This document shows positions 49,759 through 63,860 of a stretch of DNA of 64,000 bases, one piece after another. The translations under genes and the position numbers were made by a program. The notes beneath the pieces were generated by a model. It was given only the letters and a program-made list of their open reading frames with translations. It was not told where the DNA came from and searched no databases. The DNA is from Phoronis australis (Eukaryota > Animalia > Phoronida), in the NCBI GenBank assembly GCA_002633005.1, contig NMRA01000063.1, forward strand, positions 542,427 to 606,426, read 5' to 3'. Position 1 is the stretch's first letter; the number at the start of each line of letters is the position of its first letter.

Positions 49759-52700
49759 TTTCTCTATTAATTCGTACACTCTATTATATTAGTACGTACA
49801 GGACCCTTGAAACATGCCCTTAGTCTCCAACAGTTTGTACAGTAGGCGTTGGAGGGAAAAATAGCTCATACACGTATTTGCGTCCCTACAAGCTTTTTGG
49901 ATCAGTAAAAAGGAAATTTTCATTCTTATAAAAGAACACAAATCAATAAGCGCCAAATCTATTCAGGCAATCGGAATCCGTTACTTGCTTTACTATGCTA
50001 GCATAGAACTCGAAAAGTTGTTTTTCAGATCGCCATTTTTTGGCGGCAGAAAATGTGGAAATAGCAATAAGATTTTCCAGTGTGTCGCCAAATGGCGGTA
50101 AAATTGTCATAACAGCGGATTTTCCCAACAAGGTTCTGTTGCCCTCAGATTAGTACTACGCGAATAAATTTACAAAAGTGTAGAGTAACAGTACCGCACC
50201 GTCTCCTAGTCTTGTTAGAGCAGATTCAGGTGACTGTAGTTCGCAGACGACAAATGACTACACAGTGCTCCAGTTTGATTGCAACTATTCTTACGTGGCA
50301 AAGTGCGTGCATGCAACCTTCACGAGTTGCAGAGGTTACATCATAAGGATTACATTTATGGCCACAGTGGTCACGTGACATGAGTAGAACTATGTGCCTA
50401 ATAGCTGTAAAGTTCTGAGTTGAGTTGTTTGATGAAATAAATATTTGAAAAACTAATGCAGGTGCTTTTTACGGTTGGGAATGTTTATGCTCTAGACTCC
50501 GCAACCCAATAAATTGTCAACGAAAGGTTTAGTGAGGCCGTCTTATCTCGAACACCAGGCACGGCTAACTTCAGTTGACATTGCGTGAATCGCTACATAA
50601 TGAAGATGATAATCGGAGGTAAGCGGACATGAACCAGTCGTCAGTCAAAAGTTACTGCAAGGGCATTACTCAACAGCAAGTAATATTTTATGACTTTGAC
50701 TCAGGATGAGTCTAAAGAATCCGTACAGTGGGTCCTAGGGAAAAAATACTTCATGCAGTAGGTGGTCGAGTGAAAAATGTTTCGTTCACGTATCTTTGTC
50801 AGTAAGAATAACTTGTAAACAAATCGCCAATTATTCGGGTAATCGGTAGCTGCAGTAAGTTAGTGACTAGCTCTAACCAGCAATGACCACTCAGCGAGTA
50901 CGCGCTAGTTCGGTGTCGGTTGTAATCAACTCGGCGCTAGACATTTGCGACCTGAAATTTGGAAATGCGAGTCGAGACTGGTCATTTCGTATCAAGTCGC
51001 AACATGCAACCTGGAAATTCCCAAGAACGCGAGCCTAGACTAGCTTTTGGTGGCAAGCAGATACCTGGCACATGTGCAAATCTGGCCGCTATTTAATGGT
51101 TGTTTCCAAAGCAAGTTGAACACTTGGCCCTCTTCATTGAGTTGTAAACGTGTTGCCTGAACATGGGATAACATCTTTGGATAATTCAGAACCGATCTTT
51201 AATGCATTTCATTGGCTGGTGCTTTCGGCTACTTTTGCAAATTTTTGGATGAGCCGGCAAAAAATTTGGATCATGGCATAAATATGTGATAAAATAAAAA
51301 CGTCACAGCGATGTGTAATTCACTAGTGACCTACTTACCGAATTTGTGTTAAAAAACATTGCAAGCTGTCCTGATTAGCCTATTACAATATCTCCAACAA
51401 TATCATCTCACTGTGACACTGGTCGATCCCGCTGTTTGCGCGCAATGTCCTGACAGACCGTGACTTGGAAATGCGTCTTTTTTTATGGCAAGACAGCAAA
51501 CAAGTTATCCAGCCCTACTATACTTTCTGCGGCTGAGCACGCGCGTATGTATGAGTCACCTGTCACTCGCATATGTTGCTGTCAATGTAGCATGCATGCC
51601 AGCGATTCAAGTGTGGGAACATACACGCACGCCACTTCAAAGTCGCATATCAAACGAGAATAGCAACAATGCTAACTGAGAGAGTATACCTTCCTCTCAT
51701 TCAGTAACGCTAGGACCTCGCTAAAAAGCAAGACTTCATGAGATTCTTGACGTGACATATTGCCGTATATTTTAAATGAGAACATGTGACTTCAGCTAGA
51801 TTTTAGCTAGGTCCTAGCGTGGGTCCTAGCGTTACTGAACACACGCCTGCTCGACTCTGTACCAGATAAGTTTCAGCGACCCAGGTGTTAATTTACTTGA
51901 CAATTAATTTAGACACCCTGGGGTTATAAAAGACCCGTTGCTTTGCGATATTCCTTGGGCCCAATGTTCCTCAGAACCACATGGCTCTAGGCTCGATGTT
52001 CCAGGCCCTTAGCAACCTTCTAGTAATCTTTTAAATTTTTATTCTCTTCGTATAACCTCCCACAGTAGCGCCAATTTTCATTCTCCGGGTCGTCATACGA
52101 TCAGGTAGATTTTCCAGGCTCGATTCTATGGGAAGAATTTTGTTCTGGCTGAAGCTGGCCAGTGTAGAAACAACATTATTCTGGGGTGGCTATACAGGTA
52201 GGTGGTAACTATATCTACAAAGACAGGCCTAGGCAGAGCAGTTTGCTTTTCTTACTAATGCAGTCATTTATTTTCTTATTACCGCAAACATTCATGTATA
52301 GTATTTGTCTATAACACCCTTGATTTTTTAGGAAATACGATAAGAGCCTACTGCTCTACTAAGCTAAGTTTCGAGAAATTTCAATTAAGCACCAAGGGCA
52401 CACAACAAGAACTGCCAGCGACATTGGCAAAATCTGCTAATGCAAAACCTGGCTTGCATTTTTTATTATTTCAAGATCACACACAAATACCCAGTAACGT
52501 AAGCAGCAAATTAAACCTGTGAGGTACACTGTCCTTTCAATCGCTATGGCATCCTAGGTAACCCGGCAAAATACATTTCCAGAAAACTAAGTTGGGGAAA
52601 TTTCATCAAAATAGGGAGAACTTGACACCTTTCCGTGAGGTATGAGAATTGTTCAAAATCCAAGAGCTTCCCTTCTAAATCGAATTGGGAGTATTGTGTT

Positions 52701-53130
52701 AGCAAAACCACCGTCACATTTCTGTGGCCTGATTTTTTCGAATGCATGTTTTATGTAGTGCACTACAGTTGGAAAATAAGTGCGGCAGACGACATAGCAG
52801 AAAGTGAAGGTTCCGAAGGCGGCGTGGTTCTGAAGTTCGCGGACATGGGAAGAAAATAAAGTGACAAAAAGATCAAGTATATTTTGAAGTAAATCCATCA
52901 CCCGGGAAAATAATTTGTTACTTGTTGTTATAATTCACATTGCCAAACCACTGTCTAAGAGGCCGTCGTTGCACTCGTTGTTGTTGTCATCGATCTTTAT
53001 CTCTAATAATTGAAACACTCGACTTTCTTCTCTGGTAGTTCGTACGGCCAATTTTTGTCTCTATTAATTGGTACATGAAGCTCTCAAGGGAAAAATAGTT
53101 CGTACACTAGTGTATGAACTAATAGAGAAA
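49759..53130. mobile_element. ~3.4-kb TIR element of unknown superfamily, non-coding, with a nested MITE
   Basis: TTTCTCTATTAATTCGTACACT and AGTGTATGAACTAATAGAGAAA form an inverted pair; subterminal TTCGTACAC-type repeats; interior is more CpG-rich than host introns. Confidence 0.55.
51700..51846. mobile_element. Harbinger-like MITE
   Basis: Perfect inverted pair TTCAGTAACGCTAGGACC / GGTCCTAGCGTTACTGAA. Confidence 0.6.
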
Positions 53131-53132
53131 GG

Positions 53133-54229
53133 TTATCCCACATACAAAGGAATACCACTTCCATACCCTACCCAGAATTCATTTCATCTGGGAATGTCCC
53201 ACCGAGACCTATGTATGTAGGATAACCTATTTATCCCATATATACCGTATATGAACTTATTTGCACCAGTGCGGCAATATCTTATTGCGGTGTGCTCTAC
53301 CTTGTTGTTACATGACGTCATATGTAAGCACAGTACCCAAGCCAGTCAAGCGACAAGATTATCTGTGAAGTTTTATTTCATAATAAATTGAAAAGCATTT
53401 TCAGTCTGTGACACATACAAGTTAAAGCACTGAACCATTCAATAATATGAAAAGTTCAATCTATCCGGAAATCTAAAAATTTAAAGACTCCCTAAACAGT
53501 TGTGCAGTAGTGCGCTGCTTTAGCTTGATGAATTTCTCAGATTTCTTGGTCTATTTTCATGTCTTAGCTTCTGAACTGTAAATAGCAAGAGACATTTCCC
53601 CCATGTTGATCATAGAATTGGAAAATAACAGAGGAAACTGTGCTGATTCACAGAACTTGAGGTAAGGACTGTATCACAAAAAGCAGATTTTATGATACGA
53701 CCAGACGATTATCTCAGCAAAAAACACATACTAGATATTAGGCCACAATTTCCTGTAAAAACTTAGCTCTCAGTGTACATACATAGATTGTATGAATCCA
53801 TAACCAATCGTTTTTGTTGACTTTAATTAGATTTTTGGCTGATTTTGTTGGCCGGGGAAGCTATTTAGCTTGATCAGATTTATGATGACCCAGATTGAAA
53901 CTTCAGCAAGGTCCAAAAATAGCTGCCTGATCACCATGCGCGGGAATTTTCATAGGTAAATCTTTTCTGTTTTTAGAACAGTAAAACTGCTTTTTCAGGA
54001 ACGACGGCATAAACTAATAACTCAGGTAACCCAAATGAATGACCTCAATCAAATTTGGCACTGCACAGGTGAATTTACTCCACCAGGAGACTGATCGCCA
54101 ACCGTGAAATACGGCTTCTACCGTTGTATATGGCCTCTACTGTGGTATACGGATGGGCTTTACTTTCCCTTTTTTCATAGTTGATAACATGACGTACACA
54201 ATATCCATATTTTCACATATATGGGATAA
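53133..54229. mobile_element. Non-autonomous element with TTATCCCA...TGGGATAA ends (possibly Crypton-like)
   Basis: TTATCCCACATA (53133) and TTATCCCATATA (~53230) pair with TATATGGGATAA (~54218-29); no TSD seen. Confidence 0.4.
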
Positions 54230-55494
54230 AGCATAGTATCTGAAAGTTTCATGCGAATTCATTAGCAATTCCTGAGATATGATGTGTTCCAAAGTTGGCT
54301 AATATTAGACATTTTCTAGGGTCCTACATGAAATTATCACAGTTTGAAATTATCACAAGCCGACGCTCAGAAGCTCAAGCATAGATCAGAACCAGCTAGT
54401 TTTTTGACCTAATGCCCCAGTCAATAATCTTCATACAGTAACTACTTTTCAAAACTGCTCACCAACTCAGCACTGGTCAGGTCTAGTGACCAATGGCTCT
54501 AAGTCGTTAAGGAAGCATTCAGTAGGTAGTGGTTCACTGGAGAAAGTTGGATGAAATACCATAATGATGTAACATTCTTATGTGACCAGAGGAGTGTTCA
54601 ACATGTGTGCATGACAAGTTTGGCCATATTTCCTGCTGGCTTCACCAAATTTAAAGCCTCCTGTGTTTAGTTTGCTAAAGAAACACAATCATCATAAAAG
54701 TGGCCTGTAATATTTTTCACCATCATACAATTAATTCCATTCCAATTACCAACTCAAGACGCAGGAAATACGTTTAAGTACCACTCTTCATCATTACTAT
54801 TTCTTTGATTCATAAACTAGCTTCATACATGTTTATCCAAGTTTCACTGCCAAACACCCTTCATGACCAGCAATGCCAACACTGTTGTTGTGTGCACCTC
54901 AAATATACAAATTCCCCAAAAGCACAACATTTCTGTAATACACATCATTTTAAACATTCAGAAAGATAACAAATGATAACATACCCTTGTGGCTCACACA
55001 CTACCTAACCTGTCACAGCATAAATCAGCTGGCACCAACACACACAACATGGGCAGCTGAATTAGCTGTCACAGACAATCAGGAGTCAGTCATTGAGAGT
55101 CAACAGTTGAGACATTTCTTGACCTGAAGGCCAACATCTTATACCTGTGAACACTAATGGCAACTGACAAGTTCGTTTTATCACAACTCCATCAAAGACA
55201 CCAGCAATCTGGTGTGTTCTGCAGTGGGGTCAGATGAAAGAACAAACACAATTTAACTTTTTAACTGTGACAACACAATAATGTTGCTGACAAGAGTTGG
55301 CATAAAGTGTTCCCACATAACTTTGACTTATGTGCAACACAGCTATACCAATAGAAGCTTGACAAACACTTCCGAAACACGTCTTTTCAATTTGGAGTCA
55401 GTGAATCTTGTCAGAAATCACTAACATTTTCACAATATTAGATAAATTTTTTAAGCATTAACAGAACCTCAATTCTTTAAGAAAACAAAATTAA

Positions 55495-56864
55495 GGTTAT
55501 CTCCAACCTTATTTAGTGGCCTCTATTCTAACTGGTATATCAAAAAATTAAGCTTTGTCAAATTTAATGTACCATTATTATTCTTACGTAAAAACCTTTT
55601 TTAAGTCAAAATTTTATTTTTAAGAAAGGTACATTCATGGCAAAATAACCCCTCGGTCGATTTTAATGAAACTTTTTTAAATGAAAACTTCAACATTTAC
55701 CTCAAAAACGCTGTTAGGAACTTTCGATTAGTCCTGTTGATTAGGTTTCTATGACAAATCAACTCGGAAAACATAAGGTATCTTTGTAAAAAACGGAAGT
55801 CATATTCGTCTTTGTTACATTACGCAAAAAATAAACCTCTATATCGCAAATCCTAATAGTGTTTCTGAGACTGATGACTAAATATTAAATTTGGAAAGTT
55901 TCAGCGAAATCAACTACGCCGTTTTCGAGAACTCGTGTTCCTAAGTTCAAATAAAGTCCATTTGCCAAAGCTGAGAAAAAGCCGATTAAACTAGGACAAG
56001 TGCAAATCTCTAAGACTTTGGTTAATGGTAATCGGTGAAAACTTGTTTTCGGTACACATAATCTATACAAGCCTTAAATATGATCGCTATTTCCACATTC
56101 ACTCGCAAAGTCTACTGATTTTGCAGTGCGTACTAACTTAATTATCATTAAAATGTACCATTTTCCAGCTAACTCTTACTATTGTTTACGACCTTTTGGC
56201 CTACTTTTATAAAAATAGGTCACAGTTCATTGTTATACACATAGCCTGTACACATCACGGGCTAGGAGACTGATATGAAACCAAGTAAGAAATGGATAAC
56301 AAAAATCGAATCGGTGGTTAAAGCATGTCGTTAGCATGAGATCGAAACATTGAAGTGTCAATTTATTAATTGAATGAAGGAATTAGGATGAGGATTTATC
56401 TCTTTTCGCAACTTGCTGTGCTGATGACCACAGAGGCCTGTGGCGACCGTAGCATTCGTTCTCAACGCCAACGGTCGTATGCATGTAGACGCACAACTCC
56501 CTTAAGATCAAAACTACGTTTTGACTTTGTTTTCCCCGGCACCATTCTACCACAAGTACACCTCGTTGACTCAATGTTATTGCGATTTTGTGAATGAAAG
56601 GATTGAGAGTATATGAAGCTGTTCTGTACCTGGTGGGAGATTCGATTTGATTGAAAGCCCTTTCCTTTGACTTCGGATAAGTAGTAAACAAACATCCATG
56701 CGGTTTTGCGGTTCCAAGGTGGTTCTGTTAAATCTTTTTTTCTTGCCACGCAGTATATACTTTGTATTTGAAGTTCCCCCGAGAATGAAGATAAGGTATT
56801 TGTCTAGACACTTGTGAAATATTGTAAAAACCGCCATTTTTTGTGAATAAGGTTGGAGATAACC
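55495..56864. mobile_element. Non-autonomous Kolobok-type element, family C
   Basis: TTAA|GGTTATCTCCAACCTTATT...AATAAGGTTGGAGATAACC|TTAA; perfect 19-bp TIR. Confidence 0.88.
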
Positions 56865-57156
56865 TTAACAAAATTCTCTTGGTTAATTTACTGAAGTAAC
56901 AGGCAGTTATATACAAATCAATTCATTAACTACAACTGTTATCACAAATTAATTACTACACCTGTTAATTAGCTACACCTGTTATTACTATGTAAGAAGT
57001 AAGTTGCATACTAAACTTTCTTTCATTTAATGTTGTCTACCAATGGTGAACTTCTCAGGGTCACCCAAGTGAAAGACAGCTTCTTACATCATAAAATGAA
57101 CAAAAGTCAGTCAAGAGATTGATTCATTTCTCCCTCTCCAATATATTTGCTGTACT

Positions 57157-57664
57157 AAGTGACTGAGACCATCATGTGTTGTATTGGTAACATCAGGACT
57201 GCCATATGTTCCCAAGATCTAACACAAAAGCCAGGCGCATTTGTGACAAATCTTTGCTTATGAATGGAAACAGTGAATTTGATTCTATACCACTGAGTTC
57301 AACATTCCAAACATCAACGACCAATCAGTTCAGTTGCAGCCATTTTTTGTACGTCTTGATCATACTCATGAAAAACGCACCTTTCACTTACGTGATTTTG
57401 TNAACCGAACGATTACGGTAAGTGACTGAGACCATCATGTGTTGTATTGGTAACATCAGGACTGCCATATGTTCCCAAGATCTAACACAAAAGCCAGGCG
57501 CATTTGTGACAAATCTTTGCTTATGAATGGAAACAGTGAATTTGATTCTATACCACTGAGTTCAACATTCCAAACATCAACGACCAATCAGTTCAGTTGC
57601 AGCCATTTTTTGTACGTCTTGATCATACTCATGAAAAACGCACCTTTCACTTACGTGATTTTGT
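57157..57664. other. Identical ~245-bp duplication across assembly N (57402), probable assembly artefact
   Basis: 57157-57401 equals 57420-57664, with an N between. Confidence 0.8.
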
Positions 57665-58324
57665 GTTTTCTTACAAGATCTCGCTTTTCTAACATGAAAA
57701 TTGGTGTACTCAACACACTCTGGCCTTCAACAATAGTTAAAGAGCATTTAATCAACAAAAACAAACACTTCAGCCTCAAATTCAGGGTATCACATCAATT
57801 AGTGGATAACCTCTAGCCAAGGGCAAGAAAACAATTTATGAAGAGGAAGAGAATAAAAAAGCATGACTATGATCTCATTGTTACCATGACAACAATGACA
57901 TCCAACAGTCATCTCAGTCACATCCATCATGAGTGGAATGATGATTCCTGGTGGGGTGAGACAACATGACCCTGGATGACACAATATGCCAATAATGACA
58001 CAATGTCACTCTAATGATTGCCAACACCATAGCACAGGTCCCATGGTGAACACATGGTGGCTTGATGACCAGGAAGTTCCAGCCGTACCAATGAAATCTG
58101 ACTTTTATTAACATGCTTGGTCAAATAGAAACAGAATTACAGATAGAGAAGGTACTGTTAATATACTCACACATGAATTTCACTTGTCTATCATATTGCA
58201 ACCTAATCAACAGCAAAAATGGAGGGGTGTCCACCTTATAAGGCTGGTGACAAAAGCTGTTTACACCCAGTTGTGGCAACTCATTATGGTCAGATGTTCC
58301 ATGTCAACTAGTCTGGAGTAAATG

Positions 58325-58914
58325 CCTCGCTGGTTCCCTGCATGCTTAGCCCAGCCAGCACGCAGGTATCGCGCAGTGGCACACGCTTTAGCATTGGTCG
58401 ATGCAACTTTACAAGACGTGAAAAAATGGTGGACTGTGAACTATTTTTTAGCCTTGTCATGCAAGTGGCGTCGCAGCAACTATTTCGTTTCTGCAGTGAT
58501 GTTTAATAGCCGCGTGCTTGAAGCACATACATGTACAATAAACACATATCTGGCCGATTTAACCGGCGTGTTATTCATACTGTATGAATACAGGACACTA
58601 TCGTAAACAAAAGTCATCGACAATAGAAAGATGCATTCCGAAAAGGCGCAATCACAATTTCTAGGATTCACATTTCCTGCAGAACATAAATTCTAAGCAC
58701 CGATTTGTCTGTACAACAGACCACATTAAATGTGTAAATTTTACACTTCTGTCCATCAGTCATGCCAATTTGTTTTCGTAAAGTGTTGCTTGTTGAGAAT
58801 TCGACTAACCAATCAGAAACACCAGTATAAAAAATTTCCCGAGGAAAATTAAGTGATACCTGCGTGCTGGCACGGCTACCGCCCCACCTAGCAGCATGCA
58901 GGGAACCAGCAAGG
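58325..58914. mobile_element. 590-bp MITE with CC...GG ends and 8-bp TSD
   Basis: CCTCGCTGGTTCCCTGCATGCT / AGCATGCAGGGAACCAGCAAGG; inner arms GCCAGCACGCAGGTATC inverted; flanks AGTAAATG/ACTAAATG. Confidence 0.8.
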
Positions 58915-61421
58915 ACTAAATGCAACCACAGAACTAGCAAATATAGAGTAGTGGAAGCTCTCAATTGAACAAGACAAAAACGTTACAGCAGAAATTTCCT
59001 GGATTATCAGAAAAAATTTCTACTGTAATCTCATCATGAAATCCTGATGAAACTGTCTAAAACAAAAACAAGAATTTCTGTAACTGTGCCTGGGTGGTTT
59101 CATGGAAATCTCTGGAAATTAGGGTAGCTATAAGCCAAAGTGCTTGGGAAAGAGTGGAGACAAAGCACCCAAGTGCCCACAGCAAACACTATTTTTGAAC
59201 ACAAAAATTCACCCTTAGTGCCCATTGTGAACATTGCTTTGAAAATAATGAATATGCATTTATGCATTAGGTCCCCCTGAATGCTTCACACCAAGAAGTG
59301 CTGCTAGTATTCAGTACAGGCAAAGTCCATAAAACTGCCATTGAACCATATGTACTAGTGATATCAAACATCAATCTACAAGACAAGTCAATAACAAGAG
59401 CACTTCTGGCATGCTTGTAAATCTCAATCAAACATATTTTGAACAACAGTAAACAAAGTTGAAGCAGCTCTTGTCAGTAATGTCTTAGTATATCAGCTTT
59501 TAATGCAGATTACCCTTGTGTTTAATGGAAAAACATCTTCCAGCAAATGGGAAAGATCATAAAGATGCCTGATGTGTCCATCAGCTGGATAAAGTCTTCT
59601 ATAGAAATGAAGACACACCATACTGCCATATCATCATGGACTAAAACCATTACTTGTCACTTACAAGGGTCACGGATTTTCAGAAGCAGTTTGGTGTTAT
59701 TCAATGGAGGAAATTGGTTTCCAAAATCCAAAACCCTTCTAAGTGACTTAGCAGTGGTGGGAAACTGATTGTGATGGCAGCGGCCTGACACTTGCAATAG
59801 CAGTGTCTGAGCCCCTCCCCCCCCCCGCACACGCACACACAAAAACTCGAAATGCACACATTGTTAAATCTTGTTTCAGTCCTATGTTAATTACCGGGGT
59901 TAGTTAATGAACTCAATATTTCCTCACGCTCTGGCTGTTTTATTCTTTTTCTGGCAGCCAGAGGGGCTAGGCCTCCTGGGTCCCCTCCTAAATTCGCCTA
60001 TGCTTAGGTATCGGTTTTACAGACATCTTACCCTGGCCACACTTTGTGCAACTGTTATGTTTCAGTTTCTATCAGCAGTCCTTAGAGTCAAAAAAAATGA
60101 AACATTAAACCAACTGAAATTCTTAAATGATAATAAACCATCAAGGCACCACATAACTAATTAATTTGCATGACGGCTTCACAACCCAGCGTTCAGTAAA
60201 TTAACAATATTTCCTTCCACAATTTGCAAGCAATGTTGTGTTATTTGTACAAAATCTTACAATACAGGTAAATGGTGCATTCTGAGCAAGGCTGACTCAA
60301 CCAATGAGTCATTTTATTCGGGAAACTTAACTTTTAACAACAGTCATTCTTAAGACAATTACAACTGAACATTGACTACTAGCAAACCCTCTTTAATTTG
60401 GCACAAACAGAATTGTCATTTTTAATAGGCAGATTAAAATTTTGAAATCCTTTAGATTTACCAATTTTTGTGAAAAACCAAGATAAAAATGATGTCAAAC
60501 TTTTGTTGACATTTAGTTTTGAGAATTTGACAAAATTAAATAATTGAGTGCACCATTATAGATTCAGTTTCTATCATTAGCAGTCATCATGGCTTAAAAA
60601 ACGCAAACAAAAATATGGTAAAACAAATTTCTGTTATCTAGCTTAAGAGGCTTTTTCTGTTTGTTGCACAGAAACTTGTACAAAATATTGATAGAACAAA
60701 GGTCAGATTTTGTGGAAAGTATTTCATCAATGTTTGGTACTATCAATAATTTTCAGACTAATTCCCAAATAAATTGAAAGTAAAAAGTCACCATTTCACA
60801 CCAGATCTACAGATCAATTCAACAAATTACTCATCAATTATTCAATTACTAATACATAAAATGTGCTTTAGATCAGTTCAGACATATGTGGTTTGTACAG
60901 AACATATCCTCGGCCAATTACTGCCTATCAAGGAACACATGCCTATACACTAATTAAGGAGATAGAAGATGCATCCAGTAACCATGGTAATGTCACTTGT
61001 ACATGGATACCTAGTTAGCTAGTTGAGGATCATGCTGGCAGACAACCAAAATGACAAACCACAATTACTCCCTAATGCATCTAATAGCTATTGTTTGTTT
61101 TTTGGTTGGTATTGACTTTACTTTCACTGTCAAGGTGGAAGACGCTAATAGTTTTCAGCATCAGTCAGTTTTCAACCACGTCACACAAGAAGAAATATTG
61201 ATATGGATACATACAGAAATTATTGAAATTGTGAGAAAATTTTCAACCACAATAAAAATACCGAGATGGATACATGATGAAATTATTGAAATCTTAAAGA
61301 AAATACAAGAATGTTAAACAATTGATTTTTGTGTAATTGCCAATGTCATATTCTGGATATTACTGTATTGAACAATACTTATACACGCAAGAGAGGATAA
61401 TTACATAATTGAGGACTTCAG

Positions 61422-62304
61422 TGCCGTGGTTGCATGAAACAGTCCCTAATTAGGGTCTTAACCAAGTTCCCAAACTAGTTAGGGAAGTCCCTAAAAGAAA
61501 TTTGTTTATGGAGTTTTGCATGAAGATGTCCTACACTGGGTCCTTATTGGGAGCGCCCTAAATCCAAAGTAAGTTCCCAAAGTTGAGCAATCCCGATGAT
61601 TGCCGTGGCTAAGGTTGCTTAATATGGCGAAAATTATTATCAATGCGAGAATACCTGTAGCCTTTTTTGTAATCTGTTCCACCTTTTGAATGATTGTTCA
61701 AGTAGAGTGCACAGTCAATGGGCATTATCTGAGAATTTTAGTATTCTACTGCTGTTGAGAGAGCAGACGATCGATTGTGGCCGCCCACGCTAATGTAAAT
61801 TAAAAAACAGTACTGAAGTCGTGGCGAACTTGTGAGAATACCAGAATATCAGGTAGGAGTCGCCGCACTTCCCAAGGCACTGTTAAAGTCGTCTGCTCGG
61901 GGAATTAAGTGAGACGTGGGCTAAGTTGTGGAACAATAGTAATGAATAAATTCAGTTTACGATGGAACTACTGGCCTGTACAGTGGGTGAGATCACAGCT
62001 TTCCTGTTCAACAACTCCAGCTTCTCTTCAAGCTCTCTAACTATCATGAATATCCCAGACCTTGAAAATCTAAATCTGTCGTCGATTGGATTAGTTCTGT
62101 CACGGAAAATTCTTTCTTCAACAGCAATATGAGCTTGATCAGCCATTTTATTGCTTAAGGGACTCAACTTAGGGACTTACATTCAGTAACCCCAAAAGTT
62201 GAGTCCCTATTTAATGCCTAAACTAACTGGGAACTTTTCATGCAACAGTCCCTAAACTTTAGGAACGTCCCTAACATTTAAGGGCTGTTTCATGCAACCG
62301 GGCA
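61422..62304 (-). mobile_element. PIF/Harbinger deletion derivative with HARBI1-like transposase N-terminus
   Basis: CAG|TGCCGTGGTTGCATGAAACAG...CTGTTTCATGCAACCGGGCA|CAG (3-bp CAG TSD); ORF 61952..62167 reads EERIFRDRTNPIDDRFRFSR. Confidence 0.85.
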
Positions 62305-63860
62305 CAGAAACCCAGTGATAATGTAACAGAGCTATGGGAGATCAAACTATTACTGAGGGTAAACATCTGACTACTTATTATTTACTGGCTGCAAATTGAC
62401 TTCAAAACATCACTTTAGGAAGCAACTCTAATGAGATATTAGTATAAAGCCAGTAGACTCCACTTCAACTTTGTAAGAATCTACTCTCAAAGTACACAGC
62501 ACTAAATCTACTATCACATAATCAGCACAAATTGAAATTCTGAAAACAAAACACTAAACAACATAATTTATCTCTCAAACAACGGCTGAGTTACCTTAAC
62601 ACGAATTCACTACCCAAATGACATGCACTCACTAAACTATTTTGAAATACAAAAATTGAAGAGGCTTAATCGGATTGGTTTCAAAAACCCTTCACTGTCT
62701 ATCACGGTCATCCCCGGTGATGTCATCACCATCCATGAAATGAAGGTGACCTCTAAATATCAATCAATTAATGCAACAAGCTGTGCTCTGTTCAGGCGTT
62801 TTATCATGGACATGACATTTAATCTATAACAGGTGTGCGAAGGCGGCCAGGTGAAAAATATGAAGCAACACTGAAAGGATGATAGACTGATGATGCAAGA
62901 GCTGAACAAGTTAGTTTCACTAACTTAAGCATATTTCACCTTCTGTGCTCTGGGTCAATTCTTAAAGACGACACATTAACCCTCAGTTTACTGTCCTATA
63001 ATACCTGTAATAACGATCCATTTATTTGAGGGATGTTCTCACCTGGTCATAGGCAATCATCACCTAACAGTGTTTGCCCAGATAACCTGCTGCCTCTAAT
63101 TAACTACAACGTTACCACACATTCACGGCTAAGCCAGGATGTAACCTGGCCGCCACGTATCCAATAAGAAATCTAAAATTATGTAGGACGACTAAAAATG
63201 TCCAAATTTGGCTAACTTCGGAATGTTGTATCTCAGAAAACACTTTTCGGACTCCTATAAAACTTTCAAATACAATAGTATACTTTATGCACAGTTCTCC
63301 AAAACACCATTGGGGAATATCATATAAACGTTCCACTTTTGTATGAGGGCCTATAAAGAATAGCACTTTTATAATTTTTATGACAAAGACAAAATTTGCA
63401 AAAACGAAAACAAAATATTTTCGAAAATGTGACAGCACTATTTGTGATTTCATATTGAACATTCACAACAAATGAAATTTGGTCACGTTATTGATACTGT
63501 TGTTTTGATATGAATTAACCTGTTTTGATAAATTTTATTAAAAAGAGTTGAACACCTGACCCAATTAATTTCAGACTGGCATTAGGTTAAAAAGTTACAG
63601 ACTTGCAACTTTCAAAAATATTTAATTATCAGAGTTAATTTCTACAATTGTGTTGATATTTGGCCAGGCTTGTCAATAACGTCCTACCTTGTCAATAACG
63701 TCCTACCTTGTCAATAACGTTCTAAGTAACCTTACATGTTTTGGACTACTTTTCCACAAGGTGCTCATTTTCAAATCAAACCAGTCATGATGCATCCACA
63801 TTACAGATATTATGTAGCAATAGCTGTTAAATACTTAGGCACAATCAACATAGTGTAGAA

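Noticed and set aside
57206-57816. Duplicated ORFs MFPRSNTKARR...
   Set aside because: They come from an identical duplication across an assembly N and show no recognisable homology.
62977-63590. piggyBac-like TTAACCC...GGTTAA element
   Set aside because: Sequences inside the TTAA sites are not inverted repeats of each other.
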